A stretch of DNA of 64,000 bases. Source: Cenococcum geophilum (Eukaryota). Made by a program: the position numbers and the translations under genes. This document shows, in pieces, positions 23,001 through 34,987 of the stretch. The DNA lies in the NCBI GenBank assembly GCA_050273025.1, contig CP158635.1:15934001-15998000 (forward strand), given 5' to 3'. Numbering within the stretch: the first letter of the stretch is position 1; every line of letters begins with the position of its first letter. The notes beneath the pieces were generated by a model. It saw only the letters and a list, made by a program, of their open reading frames with translations. It was not told the origin of the DNA and made no database searches.

Positions 23001-23409
23001 GGTGGTTGACTTGTTTCGCCTGGTATTGTTTAATTGCAATGAGGTTCACTGGCCAGTGCTTAAGGTAGTTTTTGTCGGCTTTCCTGTAAAGCTTTGCGGA
23101 CTTTTCGTTGATCCCCCGAACGTTACCCTGGCCTCCTTCTCCGAGGGGTTTCGAAAATTCCTGTTCAAGTCGGAAGAACTGTGGTCCGGGCACCTGATTC
23201 GTCTCCAAGGTTCTGAGTAATCGATTGAGGACGGCGATGTGATTACCGCCGGTTTCACGGCGACTTCGAGACAGCTGCGCGCTCGCTGACACGGAAGAGG
23301 ATCTTGAAGGTGTTGGCGATATCGACAATTGCAGTTTTCCCCTCGCGCGCGTTCGCGCCTTCGTGCCTGGGCGCTTGCGGTTTAACCACGTAGGGGTGGA
23401 GGGCGACAT
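20071..23409 (-). CDS. Single-exon protein kinase (~1112 aa) with a WW-like motif and C-terminal transmembrane helices
   Basis: Motifs LGEGGQGNV, IAIK, NPNIVQLMGWG, HGDLKPQNVL, KLCDFG, YYGTEEWLPP, KCDLFVYGLVVW. LPPGWE...LY...T...RP motif and long hydrophobic segments near the C-terminus. Start placed at MSPSTPTW (23409); the ORF is open to 23730. Confidence 0.85.
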   Translation of the reverse strand: MSPSTPTWLNRKRPGTKARTRARGKLQLSISPTPSRSSSVSASAQLSRSRRETGGNHIAVLNRLLRTLETNQVPGPQFFRLEQEFSKPLGEGGQGNVRGINEKSAKLYRKADKNYLKHWPVNLIAIKQYQAKQVNHQPQDANSQAQEVERSEHDLANRFRAAECEVLALSPNLFRNNPNIVQLMGWGLCLDTLESHDSPCCRYLQTPILVLERAEWNLLEFLRRLFPTREYAPDIQVERGISACRPHKIGVSIPASAFRSTGSFLSQFIGLTQDPYEVVRLLCIDIGHGLGSLHENGFTHGDLKPQNVLIFRHHVNGFRAKLCDFGCAYGKVEEEPPANETPLEIREEKESYYGTEEWLPPRAEADDKHDFEGLRKCDLFVYGLVVWCSFFRRGEPPPKDPGLLDAKADIDDFLGGRRWMSRSKRRLADRVRAVLEQTLKPYPDSRDYRPWEYLESSAKEVDEARKAAQRTQSSPDNGLASNAPLTLCPASIALEQQGQTPAGELTTYEPLPLAVRARYKERSWWLRDTAIVPLTPVTATDDHTISADDNTKAPLVVVAPVDAEHSDSGQDSLDTPLIVVDSDSENHTDSTPLPPKAPVIVVETTEEEGFGPASAVPLTYDDNYRSMKLFRSERRQKDTQELFRLMKDAIESWEGKLSNREDLYCYARFRSRVRLKWWTKGDMGVNLLARALILDPPVDIRTLAWLCNGPIGKSDVLGLSNSSLTWEFISDPKFLNESECLDRFLLLLQFGARVEQKLSFSTSGPGSSIFSMYLRHCRPAIVPTVMAEICRRLDEVMDDEHMAETTRNYMTSPGPRGSEATAITDLKLAGNKAAVTVLQRHILLSRKTSQTDNPQSAPSETTSLLGNLPPGWEHLGKSCRVTGPALYEEDFTNSITLHRPKIGLMRLREIEIGFLDLGQVSHLDLDSYLQPGAGTMSRKNFASDLTSRFPSYNEDWFETEWTTEHARADILGAIREPWRLPSFSVRVPVPELDVGEWLVWAAGIILRGIVVAVVVAAALALIAALFPITLVLLILGVVFTALVACAPENGYCQFMSVVVAKVAALCLFVVIVEWSCPGAAPSFGDDGKLHWPHGGENCKTCWWILWTWWSCK

Positions 23410-23952
23410 TACCTCAATGCAGCGATAGATAACGAACTCGATTCCCGAAAGAGCCAATGGTGGTCGACTATTCGCCGCCGTTCCAAGGGTAAACTGAAGA
23501 AAATATACCAGAGTCAAGCAAAACGGGGAAAAAAGAGTGAGGCATCCGGACGATGCCAAACAAGGCTGAGGGCCCATTCTCAACTTCAGCTGAACAACGC
23601 TGCGTGCAAAAAGGGTCCATCGGTCGCGGCATGCCCTCTGTCGAGACAGCCATTCATGGTGCTGAGATACATTGTGGCTGACGGCGGCGACGCAGCTGGC
23701 GGCAGCTCCAGTCGTTAAATGGAGCGCCATGCCGCTAACTCAGGGTCCAGCCGTCTTCTCAGACGCCTCCCTGCCCGAACCACACGATTTTGCTGCATCC
23801 CATCAGCAATGGAAACAAAATGAGGCAATGATGCCAGCCGCGTCCATTTCCCGAGGGAATGCGAAGGCGACTCGGCTGAGAGCGAGGTGCATAAAGATGC
23901 GGAGGCTACGGTCCTTTCCTGACACCTTTCAGCCCTCTCCCGCAAATCGAAG

Positions 23953-25796
23953 ATGGAACCTATCAGCCTCTCTCTCGCCGTTGTGGGGACGTTCAAGGAT
24001 GCATATCTCACGACAAAGTTCATCAGGGACTCTGCGCGTTCCATCAAAAATTATCGCACCGAACAGGCGAGCGTGGTGACGCACTTGAACGTCCAGATCC
24101 TGAGACTGAAGAACTTCTCCCGCATATTTTGTGGCGTTAATGGAAATATTGTGGACCTGAAGTTCCTTGAAACCGTGCCGGATGTGCGTCTAATGGAGTC
24201 CTCTTATGAAATCATACTAAAGGGACCTAGCAATATCTCCAGACCGTCCACGACGTCCTACGGGAGCTCCAGGTGGTGCTGGCCGCCTATACCACGTTCG
24301 CAGCGAATTTGGATGAGGAGTATCGGAAGTATTCGCCGGCCAGCCCCCAGTTCAGGTTCGATCCTTCCAAGGACGTCCTTCTAATAGACGACGTCGCACC
24401 ATCCGAAGAGGCACAGCCGGATACAGGCGACGCAGATAGAAAGCATAATGGTACCCCAGCGGAAGCGAAGCGGAAAAGTTGGTTCTCTTTCGGTCGCAGT
24501 TCGGGGAGCTCCAAGCCGAAGAAGTCCTCATCGAAGCCGGAGATGAAACTACCTCCAGGACTTCAGTGGCTACTTACGAAGGGTGACCTAGAAGAGACAC
24601 TAAGAAGATTCCAGGTATGGAATGATGACCTGGAGCATCTGGTTGGTTCGCTACTGGTCGGCTTCGGTTTCTACGACAATAAGTCTCTTCAAGAGAGACT
24701 GAAATCTGACGGAGACGAGAACATGTTCAAAGGCCACCTCGAATTAAAGATGCTAACCGAAGAGGAGGAGGAAAATGATATTAAGGATGTGGAGAGTTCT
24801 GAAGGTGACGGACGGCCTCAAATTCATAGCTTGGGGCAGAACTAACCGGACTTAGACAAACCCTTACCGTGGAGCGCAGCCCAAGAGAAGATATCACAAC
24901 CTAGAGTGCTGGTAGAGTATAAGCAGCTTGGAGAGGCTATCAAACGAGACGAAGAGGACGCAGAGGCCGGAATCATAAGCGAGCCAAACCGGGAGCAGTA
25001 TGCACCCCAACTGGCCAGGCTCCTGAGGACGGCAGGGGAGCACAACTTCCGCACCCTTCGCCTGAATGGGTACTCTTGGGACGCCGATCAGGTCCAGTTT
25101 GCGTTTCTCTTTGACTATCCCCCAAATGCTGGCTCCCGTGAGCCGCAGAGTCTCTACGACTGCATCCTCGCGAGCGATGGGCCATTCAAGCTCGATTTAA
25201 AGTACCGCTTCCACGTCGCCCAGACGGTGTCTAGGGCAATCGGGGCGTTCCACTCGGACGGCTGGGTACATAAAAGCATACGCTCGCACGCGATAAAGTT
25301 CTTCTTCAGCGTAGATGGCCAGAGGTGTAACTTTAGCAATCCGTATTTGACCGACTTTGAGTTTTCGCGACCTGAGGGCGGCAAAACCCGCCTGGCCGCC
25401 CGCGCCGTGGATGTCGAGAGAGACGTGTACTTGCACCCTGAGCGGTACGGCCTCAAACCGAATGCGAACTTCCGGCGAATCCACGACATCTATTCTCTGG
25501 GGGTTGTCCTCCTAGAGATTGGGCTCTGGCAGACTGCAAAGGAGATACATGACGACATCATCGAGTGCAATCTGGATGGGGACCGGCCGACTGGCGGGCT
25601 GCCCGCCCAAACGATCAAAAAAGCATTCCTGCAGGATGCGGAATCGCGGCTGCCGCATCGCATGGGCAATGCATATAAGGAGGCCGTCATTTCATGCCTT
25701 GACGGCAAATGGGACCAATACGTGGGACGGGAATTCGAGAGCGAGTTTCAGAAGCAGGTTATCCAGAAGGTGGATCCCAGGGCCTGGATGAGTTAG
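23953..25796 (+). CDS. HeLo/HET-S-like N-terminal domain + kinase-like (pseudokinase) domain protein
   Basis: Exons 23953-24183, 24231-24804, 24856-25796; GT..CTAA..AG introns restore frame. N-terminus MEPISLSLAVVGTFKDAY..., later L..FQVWNDDLE.L. C-terminus VLVEYK, WVHKSIRSHAIKFF, PYLTDFEFSRP, YLHPER, HDIYSLGVVLLEIGLW. Confidence 0.8.
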
Positions 25797-27997
25797 GCCG
25801 GGCAATGGATAGGTGATGGATGTAGATGGTACGGCAAAGTTCTGTCTTTCAGGTTTTATGGGTGCTTGAGGTTGGAACTCGCTGTATCGACGACGGGCCC
25901 GGTTGGAAGTGGGCGATGGCGCGAGGAAGGGGGCACGAGGGTAGTGGAAGGAGAAGAAAGTGGGCCACAGCGCGAAGCCTGTGCCCGACGAACCAGGCCA
26001 AGGCGGTGTTGAGGGTTGTGTGCGTGGGTAAACTGAGCTAGTTCAGTCGAAGTCACGTCAATCACACGAGTTTTGGACTTTTGGATTGAACTGCTGCCTG
26101 TCTTCGTGCATACAGAAAGCCGGCCTGTGTGAACCGTGAACGATGGCTGCGTCCTAGGATGATTGCTCCATGGACCAAACCCGCAGCCCGACGTATTCCC
26201 AGGTCTACCGATCATACCATAAAATACTTCGACTTGCCACTGCTAGTAGGGAGGGCAGCCGACCCGCTCCGACCACACCCCTTGTCGCGATGGAAAAAAG
26301 CGTGAGGAAAATGTAGGATGAGTGATGTTTTTGATAAAACTGCTAATTATCACAGGGATTAGCCACGTGTGGCGTTCTCGGAGGACTTCCGCAGTCGCAA
26401 AACGCCACTTTCTCACATGGCGATTTGGCGAGCCCGCGTACCATAGCGAGATAAATTTTTGCCAGAGGGGGGGGTGAAGCTGGTCGTGCAATTGAGTGTA
26501 ATACTAAAAAATAGTAACTATAGAGCGTCTGCATACATATTTATAGCCTTATTTACTATTTAAAACGAGGTAGTAAGTGAATCTATAGAGTTCTCCGTTA
26601 CTATACGCGAAAGAACGCAGAAGCGAACGCCAAGGATTGTATGCAGTTTTGAATACGCTAATACGCCCCAATCAAAAATTGCATTTTACCACACGAAGGG
26701 ATCACGTCACGCGAATCTTACAATAGTCTCGCAATCCTCTCGAAGGATCCAGATTATTTCTTCCTGGATACCTAGCTATTCTTACGTAGATGAGCTAGGT
26801 TCCTAGCAAAGAAAAGACTCTAGATTACTTTCGGAAATTAAAAGATGACTACCGTTTTTTTTTTCCGCTTACATTGCGCTGAGCAAGGAAATTTTCCAGG
26901 AGAACAGTCTTTGCTCAACAAAACCAAAAGCAACCCCGTCTCAGAACTTGGCTATCACGTTCTAATCCTATGCACTAGATCTCCTTCGTGTGGGCTATAG
27001 TGGTCCTAATAACGGAAGTGTCTAGCATGCGACCCTGCGAATCGCGGGCTCCGTGCAAGCCAGATCCTTTTCGAAGCCGCTCAATACGCATAATGCTCTC
27101 TTCAATGTAACCGTCACGTTGGCAGATCTGCCACCTCATTGCACCGCCATCGCCCCTATGACGCAGGTCTCGAAGGCGATGTGGATCCGTGGCTCTGGCA
27201 TCGGCGTCTCAGCTCATGAGACCAAGAGTGACCTACCAATTGTGGCTTTCTCCCGTTTCTCGGCGCTCGCTAAAGCCGCCCCAGTGCCTGACAATCCGGC
27301 CAAGCGGAAGGCCCTGCATGAAGCGATTGGCGGGCGCGAGAATCATCATCTAGGCACAGGGGCACTACTATGATACTGTCACGCTCAAACACCCTAACAT
27401 GTTTCATAAAACAAAGGAAACACAGGAGCGAGTCCACACAAGCTGTTCAAAAAAACGAAATTAAGACAGGAGGCCGACGTCGCGGCCAGGATGACTCTGC
27501 TCCACATATTAGTAGATATAGACCCATTTGCTCGAATCCTTTTACCAATCTGCTTCCTGCTGACGTACATTCCTTTCTTTTTTCCCCCCTCTTAAGGTGC
27601 TCTTCTTAACATCGCTCGATGCATTCTTGAACATACAACCTTCACTTTACCCTTTACGCAGGACGCATACTTTCATTCAAATTTCTATTCTCTGTCCAAT
27701 TTTGCCCGCCTTTTATTCTGTCCTTAGCGAAATCGCCGGTCAATTCACTCTTCGCCGGGTCTGGTGCCTGCTTTGTCCTCGACTTCCAACGTCTCATTCA
27801 CCCCCTCGTCCTCTTTTACGGTACTTTCAGTCTCCAAGCTCTTGCATCTTTTGGAGCTTCCTGATAAAATCTCTGCGAAGAAATCACCTTTCAACACTTA
27901 GGCTGTATCACACTCATTGTATCAACCTTCAGTTCCGAGTCTCACTGTACAAACATCAAAACATTCCCGTCACTACTCATCGGCATTACACAGCACA

Positions 27998-29443
27998 ATG
28001 CACTCCTTCCTCCGTACTGCTTCTGCCGCGATCCTCGCTGCCTCACTCTGCGGCGCCCAAACCTTCACGTCATGTAATCCCACAAAGAAATCCTGCCCAG
28101 CAAACCCAGCTATCGGCACTCCCTTCACCTCCGATTTCACGCAAGGCGCTGCAGCTCTCTCCGGATGGACCGTTACTGCAGGCGCTCTCACCTATGATTC
28201 CGACGGTGCTCAATTCACAATCAACAAGCGCGGTGATGCTCCAACAATCCAAACCAACGGCTATCTCTTCTTCGGCTACGTTGAAGTCAAGATGAAGGCA
28301 GCCTCTGGACAAGGCATTGTTAGCTCTGTTGTCCTCGAATCTGACGACTTGGATGAAGTCGATTGGGAATTCCTCGGCACGACCACGACCAACGTCCAAA
28401 CCAACTACTTCGGTAAAGGCAACACGACGACGTACGACCGTATGATACCCTACAATGTTGCTAGCCCTCAAACCACCTCTCATACATTTGCACTCAACTG
28501 GACGGCCGATAGCCTCGTCTGGCTCATTGATGGAGTAGCCCAACGCACTCTCCACTATGCCGATGCCGTTGGGGGGAAGAACTACCCGCAAACACCTATG
28601 AACCTCCGCATTGGCATCTGGGCTGGTGGTGATCCGGATAACTCACCGGGCACCATCTCCTGGGCTGGCGGCAAGACCGACTACACGAAAGCGCCATTCA
28701 CGATGAGCGTCGAGAGCGTCAAGATCATCAACTACTCTCCCGGCACCGAGTACCAGTACAGCGACATGACCGGCGACTGGCAGAGCATCAAGGTCATCGG
28801 CGCGGGTAACAGCACTGGAGGCGCGGACAACACAACCATCTCTGCTGGTGTCAGCGGCGGTCTCTCTAGCATCGTCGAAGCCGGCCCTACATCAACCGTC
28901 ACAGGAGCCTTCAGTGCTCCCTCTGGAGGCTACGGCAACATGACTGCGGGCCCCGCAGGTCCCTCTACCACTGGCACCGCAGACGGCAGCGACCCCGGGT
29001 GCAGCTGTGGCATTGCCACCGTCTACGTGACTGCCACCCCCGGCGAGTCCGCAGCTCCATCATCACCGCCCACGACACTGATCCCTGTGCCCTCCACCGC
29101 GCAGAGCTCCGCTTCAGTCGTGTTGCCAACAACGTCCGGCGTGCCCCCAGTGGCGCCCAGCTCCGCTGCCGGAACTCCGCTCTCGCCAGCGGTCCCTGAA
29201 ACGACCCCTGCTCCCTACTCCGCCGCACCACCCTCAGGTGGTCTGCTGACGGACACCAACTCTGCTCCGGGGGTCCCCAGCACCACTCTTCCGCTCAGCC
29301 CTTCCGGCACCGGCGCGTTTAGCAACGGCACCGTGACCTCCGCGACTGGCGTGCCGCAGTTTACGGGCGCTGCGTCGCGCGTGGCTCTTGGTGGTGCGTT
29401 TTGGGGTGTCGCGTTCGGCGCAGCTGGGTTGGCTGTCTTGTAG
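27998..29443 (+). CDS. CRH1: Crh-family GH16 cell-wall chitin-glucan transglycosylase, GPI-anchored
   Basis: Signal peptide, QTFTSCNP, catalytic SDDLDEVDWEFLG, YPQTPM..GIWAGGD, Ser/Thr/Pro-rich stalk, hydrophobic GPI signal. Family-level symbol only. Confidence 0.93.
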   Translation: MHSFLRTASAAILAASLCGAQTFTSCNPTKKSCPANPAIGTPFTSDFTQGAAALSGWTVTAGALTYDSDGAQFTINKRGDAPTIQTNGYLFFGYVEVKMKAASGQGIVSSVVLESDDLDEVDWEFLGTTTTNVQTNYFGKGNTTTYDRMIPYNVASPQTTSHTFALNWTADSLVWLIDGVAQRTLHYADAVGGKNYPQTPMNLRIGIWAGGDPDNSPGTISWAGGKTDYTKAPFTMSVESVKIINYSPGTEYQYSDMTGDWQSIKVIGAGNSTGGADNTTISAGVSGGLSSIVEAGPTSTVTGAFSAPSGGYGNMTAGPAGPSTTGTADGSDPGCSCGIATVYVTATPGESAAPSSPPTTLIPVPSTAQSSASVVLPTTSGVPPVAPSSAAGTPLSPAVPETTPAPYSAAPPSGGLLTDTNSAPGVPSTTLPLSPSGTGAFSNGTVTSATGVPQFTGAASRVALGGAFWGVAFGAAGLAVL

Positions 29444-30255
29444 ATATTGGATTGGTAGTAAATAGTTACTAAGTTGCCCCGGCGGGGCCTCGATTCTTGA
29501 ATGCTTCCTTCCGGGTTTCGGGGGGCGTAATTAGACACACGCGAAACGACGCGTAAATAGAGAAATTCCAAATGCATAATGATAGTTCTATGTCCAACAC
29601 GTGACTTGAGCTATGCTTGAATGATACAAATGAATAGTATTACTAGATAATTTCGGTATTGATGAAAGAAAGTATGGTTTAAATTAGAATATATACAACG
29701 CTTTTAAGTAATTATATACCGAAATTACTGGGGTCTTGGCAAAGTTTAATAAGTGTAGCAGAGTGCGCCGCCCCGGGTATTCCGGTTCCCGGCCAACTTC
29801 CCCATTGACTTAAGAATTCGAGCGTGACGTTCTAGCCGCTATGGTCGAACAGCACGATAGGGCCGCCGACTTGGTTGAGATGGGTCTTGAGGTCTTTGGC
29901 TTGCCGTTCCTAGAAGATGCGGTCCAAATTCCTATAATACAAGAAGAACAAAGGGTCTTATTTATGTTAGTATTCTTCACTGGTAGAAGGAGATCGGAAC
30001 GGAAAAGAGAGAATGCGCAAAGGGTTATGAGAGACGATATGGTGGGGTTAGAGGAGACGTAACACCAGGGCTGTTGGCAGCATTGCCAATCGTGCCCAGT
30101 ACACCACCGACGCCGAAGCGTCCACTTCGGCTGGCTGAAGCTTGGGATATCCTCAATGGCCCTTGCAAAGCTGGTGTAGTCTGGCTCTGAACATGATCCA
30201 CCAAGCTCTGCTGAACGAATGAGTTCATGACCCATGGCGTGAAATCCCTGCGCAG

Positions 30256-31178
30256 GTGTTCCCCTCCTGTTAAGTCCCCACTTTATCAATTTTCGCCTAC
30301 TTTTGTAAGTACTGACGCCTCTTTTTATCAAGTGATTGAATATATATTACCCTTGCATAGATAAGTGACGTGCGTATCTGGCCCGTGCGCACCAAATAAG
30401 AACATTAACTTCCTTAACACTAGCAGCACTAGATAGCTTTATCAGTCAAATAAACCACCAATACAGTCGGAAATCGTGCAACCAAAGTTGAGGACTTTGT
30501 TCCGCCTACTAAATACCCTAAACTGTTGCGGGGGATTGACTGTGGATAGATAATATTCATATATATTTGAAGCTTTATGCGAACCTTGGGTGCATAGAAC
30601 GCCTTACCGCCAACGAACGCAGCTGTTTAATTAGTTGAACTCAGGCCACCCTTTTACGGACGAATCTATCTATGCGGGGGATAGGCACTACTTTATAAAG
30701 TGAAGGTATACTTGATAGAATTTAGATTGCACCATGCATATCGGCCCCTCAAAGTCCGCCCGAATGTTACACTATCGCGCGGATACGTCGTACATCACGC
30801 GTAGATGAAACCTCGATTTTCGTGAGAAATCTACGCCGTGCCTTACTATATAGAGCTTCCCTATATAGAACTTCCTGCCTGTAGGGCTCCGCGCAACACT
30901 TCATCGGCAGAGGCTCCGTGTAAAGTATCATCGATAGGCTCCGTGTAGAGCTTCGTCTGGAGCTTTGTCTGGAGCTTCGTATAGAAGTCACGAAAGATAA
31001 CGCGTAAACTTAGTAAAATGTACCTGTCTTAATAAATTCTATTAAGATAAACCTCTCACTTTATAAAATAGTGCCTATAGATATATATTCAATCACTTGA
31101 TAAAAAGAGGTGTCCGTACTTATAAAAATAGACGAATCTTGATAAAGTGGGGGACTCGGCAACTGGAGGTGAACACAG
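30256..31178. mobile_element. Non-autonomous TIR element (~0.9 kb, ~90-bp TIRs)
   Basis: GTGTTCCCCTCCTGTT.AGTCCCCACTTTATCAA...TTTTTATCAAGTGATTGAATATATAT is inverted at 31081-31178; TSD not resolved. Confidence 0.7.
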
Positions 31179-32373
31179 GCAATCCGGAGTAGGGAAGTTG
31201 ACTGAATTTCTAGGGCACGAAGGGGCCATTTGAAAACGCAGCCATCATCGGTATGGCCGGTAATGTTCAGCGGGTTCTGCTCGGTAGTGGCTTCAACATA
31301 AGGACCGTTACCACTAAAGCTAGTGTTGGGGTCGAAAATGGTAGTCTGGTAGATTGCGGTGCCTGTGAGGTTGGTTGAACTAATGTGGGGTTAGTGATGA
31401 AAAGGTCGAATTGGAGTAAATATTTTTCGTGTGGGGTTTGGGAACGCACGGTTGACCACCAGTGTATCCGCATTCATCTCTCAAAGCCTTTTCGTATGTG
31501 GTAACAAAATAACGATGCCACAAAATGAAGTGCCCCTAGGGATATTAGAAACCAATATTCGAGTGGGTAGGAAATGGTGGTACGCACATCCCAATGGATA
31601 TTTGATGTCTGGCTGTTATGGAACTGCCTGGTGATCGTCAAAACGATTGACAATACCCGCAATACCCGAGATCGCCTTCTTCGTTAAGCAAGGAACCGCA
31701 TTGACATACTATTTTTTTTAGGGCGTTGACAGCTGTCTCCTGCGGAGAAATAAAGATTAGCAGAGGCGCTGAAAGAAGAAGCAGGGAGCTGCTCACCATT
31801 CCCTACGCACCGGCGGGTTGGAACATGTGCGACCAGTCGCGTCAGCCGTGGGCAAGGCCACCGCAGATAGCGCCAAGCAGTAGAGGCTTGTTCCGTTGAT
31901 AACTTCCGGGCATCACGGAGTCTTTACTCGTCCAGGTGCGGAACTAGCTTTCCTTACGCAGACTCCACATCCACCAGGGTCACTTCGTTGGTGGAGAACC
32001 GAGGAGCCGCGATGACAACCCTTCTGGAAAGGTTGCGTCGTGGCCTTGTCATGCATTCACCTTCATTGAGCTGGGAGGGTCAATGCACACGCAGTAGCGA
32101 ACTGGATCGTGGGACACAGGGGACGCCGAAGAGCGAACGAACCAGGGGGAGGGTTCGTGGCTAATGCAGGCTGAAGAACGACACGGCTCCCGGGCGCTCG
32201 TTCTGGGTTCTGTTTGACCCGAGATTCCTGTGACTCGCTTGGGTGGCTGACTCGTACATATGTGGCTAAAATTAGCGTCAGGTTACAGAGTTTGTGAGAT
32301 GCTAGGACAATGATTGAAAACCTTTCATAGAGTGATCTTCTCCCATGGTCTGTCAAGTTTTCTACTGTGTACC

Positions 32374-33722
32374 ATGTCGTATATCACTGCGGAGAATGGT
32401 TCGAGGCAGCCAATGTTTTTGATTGTTACGGGCTTCAACCTCTTGCTGTCGACCATCGCCGTTTTGCTAAGGTGCGTAGTCCCCTCACTGCTTATCCTGT
32501 CCGCAGTGGAGCATCCGTTAATCTTATTAGATTGTTCTGTCGCATTGCGTATGTTCATTATGTCGGCATCGACGACTATTTCATGGTCGCAGCATGGGTA
32601 GTCACGACTGGAATGGGAATTATGAATGTTTTCCACATCAGCTGGGGAACAGGGTCTGGTCCACTAAATGCAGCTTAACATTTTGAACCAAAACTGACTT
32701 ATCTCAGGCAGCACACTCAAGATTTGCCGCTGATGACAATTCTGATTCCCACATTGAAGCATTGGTATGCTTATCAATTGGTATATCCGTGGGCTCTCTT
32801 CTTCGTGAAAGCAAGCATTCTTGCTCTGTACCACCGAATCTTTACACAAAAGAACTTCCGCCTAGCCGTTTATTGTGTTACTGCATTTGTCTTATCCTAC
32901 ACAATCGCTGTTTTCTTTGTGAATGTACGTGCTTTTCGATATGTCAACCTGCTGAATGGAGAGTTCTAATATTTGATAGGCCTTCGAATGCAGGAACCAT
33001 CCATCGCGAGCATGGTCACTCACGTTTCCACAAGGCTGCAACAACCTGCCAGCATCGTACTTTGCGACAGCGTCGATCAACATCTTTACGGACATCGTGA
33101 TCCTTGTTTTACCTCTCCGATCATTCGCCAAGCTTAACCTGCACCGAAGGAAGCGCTGTAAGTTTTTTCAAACTTTTGTATAGATCAGCACTGATATTTC
33201 AGTCTTTCAGGGGCGCTCATCGGTATCTTCTTAACGGGAACAGTAGCAGTGATAGCATCTATTGCCCGACTAATTGCTTTGTACATCTTTACTACGACGA
33301 AGGATATTATGTATAATGCAATATTTGTAAGTTATCAATTTATTTGTGCGAGGGAAAGTCTAATAGAGGCTTGCTAGATTCTTCTCTGGTCCCAAATCGA
33401 GGTCAACTTGGCTATCATCTCTGCGTCAGCTCCAGCTCTGCGTCCAATCTTTAACAAAGCTTTTCAGACATCCTCATACAATCAACAAGGAGCATATGGC
33501 GGTAGCCATTCTGCTGGAAACGCCTTTCCCCGCGGCCAACGAGTTAAAGGAAATGGTCAGATTGAACTCTATTCATACAATGGAGATGGCAACAATGCGG
33601 TAGCGATTAGCGGCGGAAGCACAAGTGAGGAACTTATATTAGAAGACGATGGTATAACCAAGACGGTGGAGACAAGGATTGACATAGAGGAGGATGATGA
33701 CGATCATTTAACGCGTAGATAA
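32374..33722 (+). CDS. Pth11-like (fungal rhodopsin-domain) integral membrane protein
   Basis: Five introns near 32472-32531, 32654-32708, 32926-32979, 33158-33210, 33327-33377. Motifs GIDDYFMVAAW, VKASILALYHRIF, NIFTDIVILVLP, WSQIEVNLAIISASAPALRPIF. Confidence 0.88.
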
Positions 33723-34554
33723 TGACCTCTTAGATTAGTCATTTTGCTGATTAGCGAAAACTCTTAGATAATTATATTTCGTTCTAGATATTTAGATATT
33801 GAGCATATGGTTGCTCTGTAATATCCTATCTACGCTTTCGTAGATAGCTCCGGGTTCTCTCACAAAGTGCAAAGACATCTCTAGCAAAATCTAAAGGAAG
33901 TTTTACCCTAGAAAAAGTAAATCTTCCTTAACTAATTCGGCATTGAAGTTATTCAAAAGCTTATCGATAACATGTGTGGCTTGGTAAAGGCTGAAGGGTG
34001 GCGCTTCCCTCGGCTCAGCATTCAATGCACACCTCTGTCAATGGCGGGGGGTGAAAACCCTTGCACATAGTTCTGATATTAACTAGGTGTAACTTAATAT
34101 GCTTACTTCATCTGTGCTTGTCCACGCACACCGATCAATAATCTTAATCCTCATCTTTAAGTCGAGACACAGCGTGGCGACGGACTTTAAGTATTCTAAT
34201 TAGTAGCTCATACCATAGTTTCTGTAGCCTTATGGCAGCATTCTCGAAGATCCAGGGCGTAATTAATATGAATGGCCGTTCGTGCCAGCCTGTTGTGATG
34301 ACTAACAAGCTTCGAGCGTTTTGGCTGCAAAGGATCCTCTCTTTTCGGTAAAGTCTTACCTATACTCGCGGTTGAATTGCTCAACCACAACGGCTTAAAA
34401 TACTACTAAAAGTTCATCGATTAGAGAGACGACCTAATATTTCATAAATATTGGGTCCAATTTAGCCTACAACTGCCTAAAGATCATTTTCGGCAAAAAA
34501 GAATTCCGTTCTTAGGAATCCCAACATTACCTATAATGTCGTAATAAGTATAAA

Positions 34555-34855
34555 TATAAAAGCCAAAAATCTATCACTAATAGATCTAGTTCTTGCGATC
34601 ATTTTAAGCTTATATGCAGGCCTAAACCTTACGTGGGTGGTTTTAACAATTTCGTTAAAGATTGTATATATCCCCATACAAATTTGGGTAACGCGAGTCG
34701 CAACGGACGTCGCAACGGGTATATATATAAGGCCTAAAAATTCATCGATTATAGAGCTAGTTCTTGCGATTGTTTTAAGCCTATATGCAGCCCTAGACCT
34801 TACGTGGGTAGCTTTAACAATTTCGTTGAAGATTGTATGTAGCTCCCATATAAAT
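34555..34855 (+). repeat. Tandem duplication with ~173-bp period
   Basis: CTAGTTCTTGCGAT..TTTTAAGC.TATATGCAG.CCTA.ACCTTACGTGGGT..TTTAACAATTTCGTT.AAGATTGTAT occurs twice. Confidence 0.75.
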
Positions 34856-34987
34856 AAGTCGCGTCGCTTAATAAAGTCTGGAAAAGTCTCTCAGACCATA
34901 GAATCAACTTTTTGACAAAAAAGGTTAGCAATATCTGCTTGCGGATATACGTAAGTCCGCTAATTGATTCTACGGTCTGACCTTGTG

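Noticed and set aside
23410..23730. 107-aa N-terminal extension of the kinase
   Set aside because: Looks like UTR/promoter sequence and would leave only ~220 bp before the partner ATG; cannot be fully excluded without transcripts.
1..26500. Starship-type giant element carrying the kinase pair
   Set aside because: No tyrosine-recombinase captain or boundary repeats are visible, and the kinase pair lies outside the TIR element.
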